NCBI GenBank assembly: GCA_021463465.1
Contig: JAJTYH010000003.1
Span: forward strand, 3,043-67,042
Direction of reading: 5' to 3'
DNA from: a bacterium
GTDB lineage: Bacteria > Patescibacteriota > Dojkabacteria > SC72
DNA length: 64,000 nt
Part shown: piece by piece, positions 32,279-42,123 of the stretch
Layout: the number at the start of each line of letters is the position of its first letter
How positions within the stretch are numbered: position 1 is the stretch's first letter
Position numbers and translations under genes: made by a program
Notes under the pieces: model-generated
Databases searched by the model: none
What the model was told of the DNA's origin: nothing
Seen by the model: only the letters and a program-made list of their open reading frames with translations

Positions 32279-33055
32279 ATGCTAGACCTAGGACAAACAG
32301 AAATAATAACGCAGATTGATTTCAGACCACAGACAAGAGAAGCCCTCCTGCTTGCATTATGCCAGCGAATCGATGTATTCGATGAAGTCATTCTGAATAA
32401 CTCAGATAAAGACAGTAACCTCGAGCTATCATCACTTAGCACACCAATGAATATAAAAAATGAGGTTGCATTATTATCAAGAATCCTAAAAAATGGAGAT
32501 ATAACCGATGGATTAATGGGACTTAGATCCGCAATCTATATTATTGAGAATAAAGACATCACCAAAATTGCACCAGATACAGTTTACAATTTTATCGATG
32601 CTTTAATTGAAAATAGTGATAATAAGCTTCGCTTTGGAATTTGGCTATATACGCTATACAAAATCTCATCAACATTAGGCAAAAGCCTTGTAAAGAGCCC
32701 TTTTGACCCAGCAATACCTGTATTCTTAAAGCTTTCCGAGCTACCAAGTAAACTACATTACGAAGGCGACGAAAGCGAAGTAATTACAACATTACTCCTC
32801 TTAACAACGATAAGAATATACGATTACCAAAATCTATTACGAGCACCAATCGAAAGTTTTAATTTACAAATTACAGGTAAACTTGGCGAAATTTTGACTG
32901 GAATAACTAATCCTGAATGCCAAAGAGAGATTTACAAAGCACTATTCACTACCTTCAAAAAAAGTATCCACGAATTAAAGGCGAAAATACCTACACTAAA
33001 AGAGTGGTCGCTAAAAGAAGAAGATATATTAAAAATACAGAAGGAATACCTTTAA
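32279..33055 (+). CDS. Hypothetical protein
   Basis: 258-aa ORF, no recognised motif. Confidence 0.65.
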   Translation: MLDLGQTEIITQIDFRPQTREALLLALCQRIDVFDEVILNNSDKDSNLELSSLSTPMNIKNEVALLSRILKNGDITDGLMGLRSAIYIIENKDITKIAPDTVYNFIDALIENSDNKLRFGIWLYTLYKISSTLGKSLVKSPFDPAIPVFLKLSELPSKLHYEGDESEVITTLLLLTTIRIYDYQNLLRAPIESFNLQITGKLGEILTGITNPECQREIYKALFTTFKKSIHELKAKIPTLKEWSLKEEDILKIQKEYL

Positions 33056-33063
33056 AACTTTTG

Positions 33064-33092
33064 TTGACCCTTCTATTTCACAATGCTATAAT
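33064..33092 (+). promoter_or_regulatory. sigma70-type promoter for the recombinase
   Basis: TTGACC-17 nt-TATAAT with extended TG. Confidence 0.8.
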
Positions 33093-33134
33093 CCCTATAG
33101 TATAGCCCATGCGGTTAACTTATATTGACATAGA

Positions 33135-34025
33135 ATGAGCGCAATAAGAAATCCAGAATTCGCAAAATATCACACTATTTTCGTAGAAGACCTGAAAAAG
33201 AAAAGCAGATCTAACTCAACGGTGATTGCTTACGCAAAAGACATCGAACAGCTTCTAGCGTTTTTCTCTCAAAAGGGTCTACTCGACCTTTCCAAAACAA
33301 CAATAGAAGACCTTGAATCGTACAAGCTCAATCTCCAAGAGAATAACTACACACCAAAAAGCATTTCTCGTAAGATCAATTCGACAAGAACTTTTTACAG
33401 ATACCTTGTTGAGAGAAACCATATCTTAGAAAATCCTTCTGAGAAGCTTGCACACCCAAAATTCGAAATTAAACCTCCACGCGTCCTTTCCGAACTTGAG
33501 TATCGTGCTCTAAGAGACGTCTCACGTATTGACACAAGGCTCTACACTATAATCGAGATATTGCTACAAACTGGAATAAGAATCGGTGAACTAGCGACCT
33601 TAGGCATTGATGACGTTCGTGTATCAAACGATAACAAAATCCCCTACCTTTATGTTAAAGCCCAAGGTAGTCACCCAGCTCGAAAGGTACCATTAAACCA
33701 ATCAGCTTACAAAGCTATTCAGGAGTACCAAAAAATCAGACCAGAGAGCGAAGATGAAACTCTCTTTATTACTAAAAATGGTAAGCCGCTTCTAGTTCGT
33801 AATATAAGAACTACTATTGACAAGGCTTTTGAAAAATCCGGTATTAAGAATGCTAAGGTGAACGACTTAAGGAATACCTTTATCGCCCACCATTTAGCCA
33901 ACGGAATGAGTTTAGTAACTGTTTCCAAACTCGTAGGTCACAAACGACTCTCAACAACCGAAAAGTACCTTAATCTTGTTAATAATAAGCAAGAAGACCA
34001 GGAAAAAGGTTTGAAAGAGCTCTGA
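33135..34025 (+). CDS. XerC/XerD-like tyrosine recombinase
   Basis: SAM-like N domain, TGIRIGE, NDLRNT, LVGH..LSTTEKY. Confidence 0.92.
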   Translation: MSAIRNPEFAKYHTIFVEDLKKKSRSNSTVIAYAKDIEQLLAFFSQKGLLDLSKTTIEDLESYKLNLQENNYTPKSISRKINSTRTFYRYLVERNHILENPSEKLAHPKFEIKPPRVLSELEYRALRDVSRIDTRLYTIIEILLQTGIRIGELATLGIDDVRVSNDNKIPYLYVKAQGSHPARKVPLNQSAYKAIQEYQKIRPESEDETLFITKNGKPLLVRNIRTTIDKAFEKSGIKNAKVNDLRNTFIAHHLANGMSLVTVSKLVGHKRLSTTEKYLNLVNNKQEDQEKGLKEL

Positions 34026-34026
34026 A

Positions 34027-34464
34027 ATGACAAAACTTTTTGGTCATATACTCCCTACTTTTCGTGAACCCTTACCACAGGACTCATTCGAACAATGTCT
34101 TGTGGATTTAAATATCCAATTAACCCCACCAAATATCTTTTTCCTCAATTTCATAGGAAGGAATGCTATTTGGCGTGCAATACAAAGTAAGCAGAGCGAC
34201 AAGCCAATAATCATGAATCACCAAGAAAAGCAGATTATAATTGCCCTCTCTAAATACGAGAGCCCACTTTTAATGGCAAAAGGTGATCCTAAAAACTACG
34301 TCAAACACAATATTCTTAGGCTTGATGATTCATTAGGAAGGCTACTCGTAACAGAGGGTAATGCTATATTAATTGAAAAAGAGGCGGGAGTAACTTCAAT
34401 ATCTGGAACATCGTTTGATAAAGATTTACAGATGTACTTTACATATTCAATTGAACTAAACTGA
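34027..34464 (+). CDS. Hypothetical protein
   Basis: ORF starts 1 nt after the recombinase stop. Confidence 0.6.
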   Translation: MTKLFGHILPTFREPLPQDSFEQCLVDLNIQLTPPNIFFLNFIGRNAIWRAIQSKQSDKPIIMNHQEKQIIIALSKYESPLLMAKGDPKNYVKHNILRLDDSLGRLLVTEGNAILIEKEAGVTSISGTSFDKDLQMYFTYSIELN

Positions 34465-34479
34465 GACGAAGTAACAACA

Positions 34480-34743
34480 ATGGCTTACAATCCTAGTAAG
34501 AATCAAACTATAAGGAAGCACTTTCCACCTTCCATTATCAGTGAAACGCATAATAATCTAAGAAATGAAGTGAGTTCTGCCCGTATTAATAACCCAAGTT
34601 TATGCAGATTATCAGCTCTTTTTCAAAAACCAAATACAACTACTGAACAGTGGTTAAACCCTGATGGCACGATCTATACTGGCGAATTTCTTACCATTAT
34701 GGATAACGTACTAAAGCATGATTTAAATATCCTCCAAAACTGA
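34480..34743 (+). CDS. Hypothetical protein
   Basis: Short ORF in the same apparent operon. Confidence 0.45.
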   Translation: MAYNPSKNQTIRKHFPPSIISETHNNLRNEVSSARINNPSLCRLSALFQKPNTTTEQWLNPDGTIYTGEFLTIMDNVLKHDLNILQN

Positions 34744-34805
34744 TTTAAAATGAAAAGAGAGACATTCATGAAAGAATTTGCTTACTCTCTGATATACTTT
34801 ACTAA

Positions 34806-35111
34806 ATGAACATAAACGTTTCAGAAGGGACCGCTCATAAACTACCAAACGATTTAAAAAGAGACCTTTTGTCGGACAGAACTGCACTTAAAAAATGGGA
34901 AGGGTTAACACCGGTTGCACGTAATGAATGGATTTGCTGGGTTATATCAGTAAAGAAAGAAGAAACTCGTCAAAATCACATGCTTAGATTAATCTCCGAG
35001 CTTAAAGAAGGGAAACGTAGACCCTGTTGCTGGATTGGATGCATTCACAGGGATGATAAAAGAATTAGCCCTTCAGTAATGGGGATAATAAACAAAACGA
35101 ACAAGCCATAA
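34806..35111 (+). CDS. YdeI/OmpD-associated family protein
   Basis: LPNDL...WEGLTPVARNEWICWVISVKKEETR...RPCCW. Confidence 0.85.
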   Translation: MNINVSEGTAHKLPNDLKRDLLSDRTALKKWEGLTPVARNEWICWVISVKKEETRQNHMLRLISELKEGKRRPCCWIGCIHRDDKRISPSVMGIINKTNKP

Positions 35112-35143
35112 CAATTTCAAGCATTCGACTATTCAAAGAAATA

Positions 35144-35217
35144 TGGGGGAGGACGGAATCGAACCGTCGACATCGGCTTTATAAGAACCGCGCTCTAACC
35201 TTCTGAGCTACACCCCC
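35144..35217 (-). tRNA. tRNA-Ile(TAT)
   Basis: Cloverleaf, anticodon arm CGGTT-CTTATAA-AGCCG, discriminator A. Confidence 0.9.
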
Positions 35218-35256
35218 GCCGCTGCAGAATTTTATCAAAATTGCCTGAAATAATCA

Positions 35257-37800
35257 CTATTTAAGCGTTAACGCTGGAGTCCCGCCAGGATTGGTCTGCG
35301 AACCAGGAGCCACGCTCAATTCCGCTCTCTGAGCAATCTCCTCCTCAACTAACTTCACATCCCTACCATACTTTAACCTCGAGAGGTTTTTCACCATCTC
35401 AGCAACCTCTTTATTCACTTTAATATCGAAACCAGAGTCTGGAAAATTAGGACCGTAGGTCGGATCTAATGAGAAAGGCGCTGGGTACTTACCTCCAGAG
35501 ATCATTTTAGCGTAATAATGCATGTTAGGCTGATTCATAAGGTCATTTGCTGTAAACGTAGGCTCAAACTGTGATTCCAAGTACTTAGCATCATCAGGGC
35601 CAGCACGAGCAATTAAGAGCGTACCAACATTACCAAAGACTGCATTCTTGATATCATCGGTTAGCTGTCCTATATACTGGTTGGCAACCGTAAGGTTTAG
35701 TCGATATTTACGGGCTTCAGAAAGAATTGATGCGAACTCATTTGTTGCAAAATTCTGAAACTCATCTACATATAGATAGAAGTCCCGCCTTTGAGATTCA
35801 TCACGGATATCTTCACGACTTAAGGCTGCTGAAACAATTTTAGGGATAATCAAAAGCCCAAGGAACTGAGCATTTTCCTCGCCAATTAATCCTTTCGCAA
35901 GATTTATAATCAGAATCTTACCTTCATCCATCACCTGACGGACATTAAATGAAGACTTTGACTGAGCTACAATATTACGCACAGCCAAGTTAGTGACGAA
36001 TCGGTCAAATTTGGAAGTAATGTAACCTAAGGTTTCTGACTTATGGAAATCACTCGTCTTAGCAATCTGATCGGTCCAGTATCGCTTCACCAAATCATCC
36101 TTAATCAAAGGTACCCACTTCTCCTGTACCCATTTGTCGTCAGTGATAATACGAAGTACCTCAAGAAGGGTTGAACCCTCCTCAGACATAGCTGTCAGCA
36201 TTGAGTTTCTTACTGCGCGCTCCAAAATTGGACCTACAATTCCTTGGTTATGGGGGTCAAAGAGCTTTTTCAACAAATCAATGAAACCGTTAACAATTCT
36301 GTGCTTATCCTGTTCGTTCTGAAACTGCATTAAATTAAAACCCATTGGACGATCGTAGTCAGCTGCATTGAAGTAAATAACATCTTCGGCCCTTTCATGT
36401 GGAATCCTATCTAAAAGCATTTCTGCGGTAGAACCGTGAGGATCAATAAAACAAAGTCCTTCACCATTATAAATATCCTGTATCATCATACGCACCTGCA
36501 GCCACGATTTACCTGAACCAGTCTGACCTAATACATACGCATGTCTTCGACGATCATCCCGCTCAAAGCAGATAGGTTTGGTAATACCCCTATACTTATT
36601 ATTCCCTAGCCAGATTGAGTTTTTAGATTTAATATCAGAGCTTATCCATGTTGCGGCAGGAGCATCTTTGGCCAATAACCAGTTTACGTTGGGCACAGTG
36701 ACATCCTTATTAGGAAAGTGATACATAGAAGCTAACTCTTCGACATTAAAGACTGAACCACCTCGAAGAGGCATTCTTCGATAAAGGACGTCATGCATGA
36801 ACTCACGCTCCTTAAATTTGTTCAACTTATCCTTCTTCAACTCATTGATTCCTGGATTCTTAAACTGATCAAAAGCCGACACAACGTTATTCAAATGCAT
36901 ATTTGCAATATCAGCATTGTTGGCAGTAGCGACAACTCGAACGGCAGCTCTAAAACCCGTCTTAGCAGTCTTCTTGCTTATCGCTTGAATTTGCTCCTGA
37001 CTTACGCTAATCCGACTCTTCTCAGGATCTGAATTATTCTCTTCAACTTTCTGTACAAATTTTCTTCCGTTCTTCTGCCACTTACTCGCAGTTGGAGAAA
37101 TTACAATCTGGATCATTATCCCCTCACCTTTTCCTATTTTGCTAAGTGTAGAAAGAATGTTGGCTAAAGGGTCTCCTTTAAAATCCTCTGCCACTTTCAA
37201 AGGGTAATACTCTTCATCGGTTTGGATTAGACTAGCGTATGCTACCTTCCCACTCTCTTCAAATATATTGTATTCCTCTGATATAGAAACTTCAGCATCC
37301 TGATAAGATCCGAGTATCTGTTGCTCTACTAAATTCGCCAACTTTTTAGGGGCATACACATAGAAACGGATTTCCCCCGGCAACCCTACAATTTCAAAAC
37401 TAACGCTATTACCTACCGTAATGAACTGCTCAATCCCCTTTCCTCCTCCACCTATACCATACAAGTTAGAAAACATCTTCTCTGCGACACCGATTTCAGT
37501 CTCATTACCTCTTGGCACCCTCACCTCAAACAGTACTCCAGATTTAGTCTTTTCGTCACGGTCTTTTTTCTTAAGAAGGTTCATGTAGTAATAGATTAGG
37601 CCACCAATGGCACCTGCAAAAAGTAGTATGAAAATAAACAGTGTGACAATACCTCCCCATTGAAAAGCAGTACCAGGTTGAGGCACATTGTAACTATCCT
37701 GTGGGTAGTTAATAACCTCACCTGGCACAACTCCATCGCCCGGTTGAACCGGCCCTATAACCTGTGAATACACTTGTGAATGTGATGGCAGCTTAAGCAT
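35257..37800 (-). CDS. VirD4/VirB4-like (TraG/HerA-FtsK clade) ATPase with TM anchor
   Basis: RHAYVLGQTGSGKS, IDPHG, YVDEFQNF, SEARKYRL..ANQY, GNVGT. Confidence 0.9.
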   Translation of the reverse strand: MLKLPSHSQVYSQVIGPVQPGDGVVPGEVINYPQDSYNVPQPGTAFQWGGIVTLFIFILLFAGAIGGLIYYYMNLLKKKDRDEKTKSGVLFEVRVPRGNETEIGVAEKMFSNLYGIGGGGKGIEQFITVGNSVSFEIVGLPGEIRFYVYAPKKLANLVEQQILGSYQDAEVSISEEYNIFEESGKVAYASLIQTDEEYYPLKVAEDFKGDPLANILSTLSKIGKGEGIMIQIVISPTASKWQKNGRKFVQKVEENNSDPEKSRISVSQEQIQAISKKTAKTGFRAAVRVVATANNADIANMHLNNVVSAFDQFKNPGINELKKDKLNKFKEREFMHDVLYRRMPLRGGSVFNVEELASMYHFPNKDVTVPNVNWLLAKDAPAATWISSDIKSKNSIWLGNNKYRGITKPICFERDDRRRHAYVLGQTGSGKSWLQVRMMIQDIYNGEGLCFIDPHGSTAEMLLDRIPHERAEDVIYFNAADYDRPMGFNLMQFQNEQDKHRIVNGFIDLLKKLFDPHNQGIVGPILERAVRNSMLTAMSEEGSTLLEVLRIITDDKWVQEKWVPLIKDDLVKRYWTDQIAKTSDFHKSETLGYITSKFDRFVTNLAVRNIVAQSKSSFNVRQVMDEGKILIINLAKGLIGEENAQFLGLLIIPKIVSAALSREDIRDESQRRDFYLYVDEFQNFATNEFASILSEARKYRLNLTVANQYIGQLTDDIKNAVFGNVGTLLIARAGPDDAKYLESQFEPTFTANDLMNQPNMHYYAKMISGGKYPAPFSLDPTYGPNFPDSGFDIKVNKEVAEMVKNLSRLKYGRDVKLVEEEIAQRAELSVAPGSQTNPGGTPALTLK

Positions 37801-37843
37801 ATCTATCTGGGAAAATATAACACACCAAAGCGATAATAGCTAT

Positions 37844-38395
37844 TTATTCAAACAGACTAAAGATCTTTGCAATCAGAGTTGCAGCCCAAGTTTTGGCGTC
37901 TGAAACAGGAGCATCATTTGAGATACTTTTGGCATTAGTATAGGTAGTAGTTGTGGGCTGATATCCGAAGAAATTGTAGGTTTTAACATTCGCCGTCTTG
38001 GCCTGCTCTGCTTCAACTCTTGCGACTTCTTCAGCTGGCATTACGGGTTTAGCAAAATTTTCACTATTTTTTTTCTCTTCTTTGAGCACGTTTAATGCGA
38101 TTTCAAACTCTTCGTTCTTCTCTACTTTTTGTTCTTGCTGCACAATTACCTCAGGTTTAGTCGACGTTACTGGAGCAACCTCTACTGAAGGAGTAGCTTC
38201 TTCAACCCTAACCTCTTTAACGTATTTCTCATATATTCCGTGTTGCCTTAGCATTTCCTGCTTCTGATCAACAGTGAGAGTTGACCATACAGTTGCAGGT
38301 ACGATATTAACCAACTCGGCAGGAGTCTCTCTTAACCATTCCGCTTGGGGAGGTCCTTTTACCTCGTTGTTATTCTGTAAATCGGTGGGCTGCAT
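37844..38395 (-). CDS. Hypothetical protein
   Basis: 183-aa ORF with Glu/Pro-rich centre. Confidence 0.65.
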   Translation of the reverse strand: MQPTDLQNNNEVKGPPQAEWLRETPAELVNIVPATVWSTLTVDQKQEMLRQHGIYEKYVKEVRVEEATPSVEVAPVTSTKPEVIVQQEQKVEKNEEFEIALNVLKEEKKNSENFAKPVMPAEEVARVEAEQAKTANVKTYNFFGYQPTTTTYTNAKSISNDAPVSDAKTWAATLIAKIFSLFE

Positions 38396-38406
38396 ATTGC
38401 CACAAA

Positions 38407-38847
38407 TTATATCATACTCTCTCGCTTCTCCCTGTGGAATTCACGATTCAAATCACGTTCTTTCTCCTTCAGCTTCTTTTCATAACCTTTTCGACCCCTA
38501 CCTAAACCTATCAAAACTTTTACTTTTCCTCTATTAAAATACATTTTCATAGGAATAATAGTTAAACCACCTTGCTTGCTTTTCGATTGTAAGTTGAGTA
38601 ATTGACCTTTTCTTACTAATAATTTCCTTGACCGGGCTGGATCGTATGTCTCATCACTACTAAATTTGTATCTAGCAATATCCGCATTAACTAACCAGAG
38701 CTCACCTCCAATAACTTTCACATATGCATTCCCCAAGTTGACTCGATTATCTCGAATCGACTTCACTTCTGCACCAGTAAGTACAACACCCGCCTCGATG
38801 CCGTCTTTAACCTCATAGTTACGTAACCCTTTCTTATTTGCGACCAT
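38407..38847 (-). CDS. smpB: SsrA-binding protein
   Basis: EAGVVLTGAEVKSIR, RSRKLL, GRGRKGYEK. Confidence 0.97.
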   Translation of the reverse strand: MVANKKGLRNYEVKDGIEAGVVLTGAEVKSIRDNRVNLGNAYVKVIGGELWLVNADIARYKFSSDETYDPARSRKLLVRKGQLLNLQSKSKQGGLTIIPMKMYFNRGKVKVLIGLGRGRKGYEKKLKEKERDLNREFHREKRESMI

Positions 38848-38863
38848 GGCCAGAGTATATCAC

Positions 38864-41215
38864 CTACTTCAGTTTTAGCTTCAAAATTCTATTGCCATCA
38901 AGAATATAGAGGTTCTCCTCATTATAGTCAGCGGCAATCTCTCGAACATCCTTCAACATATCGTCTCTTGCTCCTCTGTACACGTACTGAGCTAACAACC
39001 GCATCTGATTCGGATGCAATACCTCTCCACCTGCTTCAATCGGCTTCTCAAAAACTAACACCCTTTCATTAGTCTTATCGAACACATACATTCGTGCACC
39101 TTCTCGGGTAACGGTATAGGCAGCTGACAATTCTCCTAAGCCTTCGACATCCTCAACTGTTACAGCATTCAAAACAGTTTTATTTCGAGTATAATCAAAA
39201 GAGTATCGCTCAATTCCCCTATCACCTGAGGTCATCACATAAAGGCTGATATCGTTGGCTAGATTATGCGCAGAATCAAATGACTTACCACTTACATATT
39301 CAAAAGGATAACTGTAACCAGCACCAGTTCGCCCTGACTTCATCACAGCCTTTTCAGAAGGACTGAGAAGATATACGTTATCGATATTGGTAATAATCGC
39401 CATATCCACTACAGTCATTCCCCCTATAACATCACGATCCAGACCTGAGAGTACTCCAAACCTTCCGATACTTCCGTCTTTTCCAAAAGGAGCCCTTACC
39501 ATCCCAGCCTGCTCATCAAATACATAAACCCCACCTTCTCCGTAATCTACATATTTAGGTTGTTTCAAAATATTTTTACTATCATCCAAAGGTACTGCCT
39601 TATTATCAGCCAAACTCATTTTGTAGACCTCAGGTCCACCTGCATTTGAAATGAAAAGAAACTCATTCTGAAATTCATCCTTGTAGCTAGTGATATCAGT
39701 AAGGTTTACAGCATCTCCAAACTGAGTTCTACCGTCCAAAACAAATTCCAAAGTGCCATCTTCCTCCGACACACCTACCTTTTTCGCAATCTTATCCATG
39801 ATTGCCTGCAAACGAGTTTTAAGAGAATTCATTCGAACTTGATCATCTAACGATAGAGTCTTGCCTTCAAGAGGTATGAGCAAGCCGTCATTATTGAAAA
39901 GTATCAGCTCTGCATCATCAGAACTTGTAAGGTAAGTTTTTTCAGCTTCATTAAGAACCTCTTCCATACTCTCAAAAATCCCCACAGCCTGTTTATGCAA
40001 ATCTCTACTCTGCTTTGCGGCAATACTTAACCTTGCACCACCATAGATCAAGAAGATTACTAAAAGCGCCAGAAAGAAAATCCCGAACCGCTTATTCCTT
40101 AATCCGACTTCTTTGTACCCATCAATCTTAAGACCTTGTGCCATTTGCTTTTTCCCGAAACTCAAAAGTGATAACCTAGCCATTAAACTTTTAAACCAGT
40201 TCTGCCTACCGTACTTTTCACGAATCAAGCCGTTTACCCTTGCGACTACCCCACCACCTGCAACACCTAATCTATTTACGATATTGGTAGTGACTTCACC
40301 AATCTTAATGACTCCAGGCCTCACCTTTCCTAAAGCACTCTTTAAAATAACCTGAGCCCTTGAGAGGTGTTTCCCAAAGTTAAAATTCAGCTTTTTATCT
40401 GAGATCACTGATTCTTCAACAATTTCGTCGACGAGCTCTTCACGGGTAGGTAGTTCATCTTTAGAAGTCATTGCCGCTGAAGTTTCAACTTCAACCTTCT
40501 CTTCGCCGAGCTTTACCTCTACTCGTTCTTTACGCACCAAAGGTTCAATAGGTGGTCTTTTAATCACCTTAAACTCTTTGCCAGAAAGTAGAAGCAAGGA
40601 CTCACAGCCCCTGAGATAAGCCGAAAGTTTATCAATACCTTTAGCTATATCATCGGCCGAATCTCCAAGTTTCTTATCGGAGGTAATCTGATCAATAAGT
40701 CCTGGTGAACTCATTATAAGCAAATCAGAATCAGACCATGCCATGCTTAAAACCACACCTTTATTCTGATTGACAATCTGGTCCACCTTCACAAATCCAC
40801 CGTTTTTATAAAGCAAAAGTTGCTGTTCACCAAAAACGGTTAAATAAGCACCCTTACCTTTAAACACTGCCAACGCAAAACTTAGATTGACACCCTTAGA
40901 GTCAAGCTCAGGCTGATTCTTAATCAAATCAGAAGCTTTACGTGCACCCACAGCAACAGAGTGTTTAAGACTATCAATAACTGTAGTAAATGGAGAGTAA
41001 AAATAGCTATCAACAATTGCGTCCCACACGAACTTCGCTACACGGTCAGCTTGTATCCCCTCTGACCCAATAACTGTGATTAAACCATGTAATTCCCCTT
41101 TAGCTTCAAGTTCTTTAGGATTACTGGGGGCAAAGCGATTAGTAGAAGTCAGTGCAAAGTTCTGCACATCATTTGCGATGTATCTTAAAGTGTACAGAGG
41201 CATAGCTTTAACCAA
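38864..41215 (-). CDS. Large single-pass membrane protein (PP2C-like fold, TM, beta-propeller-like)
   Basis: Central TM; NHL-like repeats (VYVFD, MYVFD, LYILD). Confidence 0.6.
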   Translation of the reverse strand: MVKAMPLYTLRYIANDVQNFALTSTNRFAPSNPKELEAKGELHGLITVIGSEGIQADRVAKFVWDAIVDSYFYSPFTTVIDSLKHSVAVGARKASDLIKNQPELDSKGVNLSFALAVFKGKGAYLTVFGEQQLLLYKNGGFVKVDQIVNQNKGVVLSMAWSDSDLLIMSSPGLIDQITSDKKLGDSADDIAKGIDKLSAYLRGCESLLLLSGKEFKVIKRPPIEPLVRKERVEVKLGEEKVEVETSAAMTSKDELPTREELVDEIVEESVISDKKLNFNFGKHLSRAQVILKSALGKVRPGVIKIGEVTTNIVNRLGVAGGGVVARVNGLIREKYGRQNWFKSLMARLSLLSFGKKQMAQGLKIDGYKEVGLRNKRFGIFFLALLVIFLIYGGARLSIAAKQSRDLHKQAVGIFESMEEVLNEAEKTYLTSSDDAELILFNNDGLLIPLEGKTLSLDDQVRMNSLKTRLQAIMDKIAKKVGVSEEDGTLEFVLDGRTQFGDAVNLTDITSYKDEFQNEFLFISNAGGPEVYKMSLADNKAVPLDDSKNILKQPKYVDYGEGGVYVFDEQAGMVRAPFGKDGSIGRFGVLSGLDRDVIGGMTVVDMAIITNIDNVYLLSPSEKAVMKSGRTGAGYSYPFEYVSGKSFDSAHNLANDISLYVMTSGDRGIERYSFDYTRNKTVLNAVTVEDVEGLGELSAAYTVTREGARMYVFDKTNERVLVFEKPIEAGGEVLHPNQMRLLAQYVYRGARDDMLKDVREIAADYNEENLYILDGNRILKLKLK

Positions 41216-41459
41216 GAAGAATTAATATTACTGCGAGAGCACTTCCCACAATCCCAACCAGAAGTAGAGCATATGAGAACAGTTTCGAAGTGTTGTTATT
41301 GGGGGTTTTAACAGTATCAGCTAAAATTCTTACCCTTAAAATTAACAGGAAAACATAGATTAGATAACCTATGACAAGAACTAAAAACAGTAGCTTCAAA
41401 ATATCAGCTACTCCGGAAGATCCAAGTTCGATTGTGCCAATTCCCTCTAAGAAGTCCAT
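41208..41459 (-). CDS. Small two-TM membrane protein
   Basis: Two hydrophobic helices; overlaps neighbours in operon fashion. Confidence 0.65.
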   Translation of the reverse strand: MDFLEGIGTIELGSSGVADILKLLFLVLVIGYLIYVFLLILRVRILADTVKTPNNNTSKLFSYALLLVGIVGSALAVILILLG

Positions 41460-42082
41460 TAGATTTTACCCTCCTGCTTCAATTCAAGTAGATCTAAAAG
41501 CGTATCTTGAACGTCGCGAGGTCTGGGTACATTATCAAACACAAACTCCCGCTGAGCTCCAGCAGTTTGAATATATACATTTCCATAATCAAAAATCGAA
41601 CTGAAAATACCAACAGGTTTGTGAGTCACATCCTCAATCTTTTCTAGCTGAGCTTCTGCAAATTTATGATAAAGAACATTATTAAAATCGACATCTACAA
41701 TCCTCTGATCAGTAATGATATTAACGGTGTAGTACCACTTAAAGTATATGTCCACCGCCAAAGTTACTGCTAATAACACGAATAAAAGAGAAGATCCTGC
41801 TGACAATCCAAAGTTGCTTCCTTCCAGAAGCGAATCAATTACTCTAGTAAAGACTATTGGAGTAATAAGAAGCAAAAGGAAAAGTAGGAAATGAGGGAAA
41901 AACACAATCGGGTGCTTTCTTACGAGTAGAATTACACTCTCTTCATGATCTTGTCCGTTGAAACTTACATCGGTAGGGAAAGCACAAAACGAGCTTGTAT
42001 TACTGCCATTTTCTCCATTACTAAGTCGATCGATGAAACTTTTTTTCAGTTTGGCGAATTTTTTAGGCACCACCACCTTCAT
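41459..42082 (-). CDS. Bacterial PH-domain membrane protein
   Basis: Two TMs, IITDQRIVD, DYGNVYIQTAG. Confidence 0.8.
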   Translation of the reverse strand: MKVVVPKKFAKLKKSFIDRLSNGENGSNTSSFCAFPTDVSFNGQDHEESVILLVRKHPIVFFPHFLLFLLLLITPIVFTRVIDSLLEGSNFGLSAGSSLLFVLLAVTLAVDIYFKWYYTVNIITDQRIVDVDFNNVLYHKFAEAQLEKIEDVTHKPVGIFSSIFDYGNVYIQTAGAQREFVFDNVPRPRDVQDTLLDLLELKQEGKI

Positions 42083-42123
42083 ATAAATATGAAGATAGCA
42101 TAAACACGGGAAAAACTAAACCT

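Noticed and set aside
32279-35217. Prophage or ICE integrated at tRNA-Ile or tRNA-fMet
   Set aside because: No duplicated tRNA 3' end found, no phage or conjugation genes; the recombinase is Xer-sized
38395-38864. tmRNA next to smpB
   Set aside because: No intergenic space and no tRNA-like domain seen in the window
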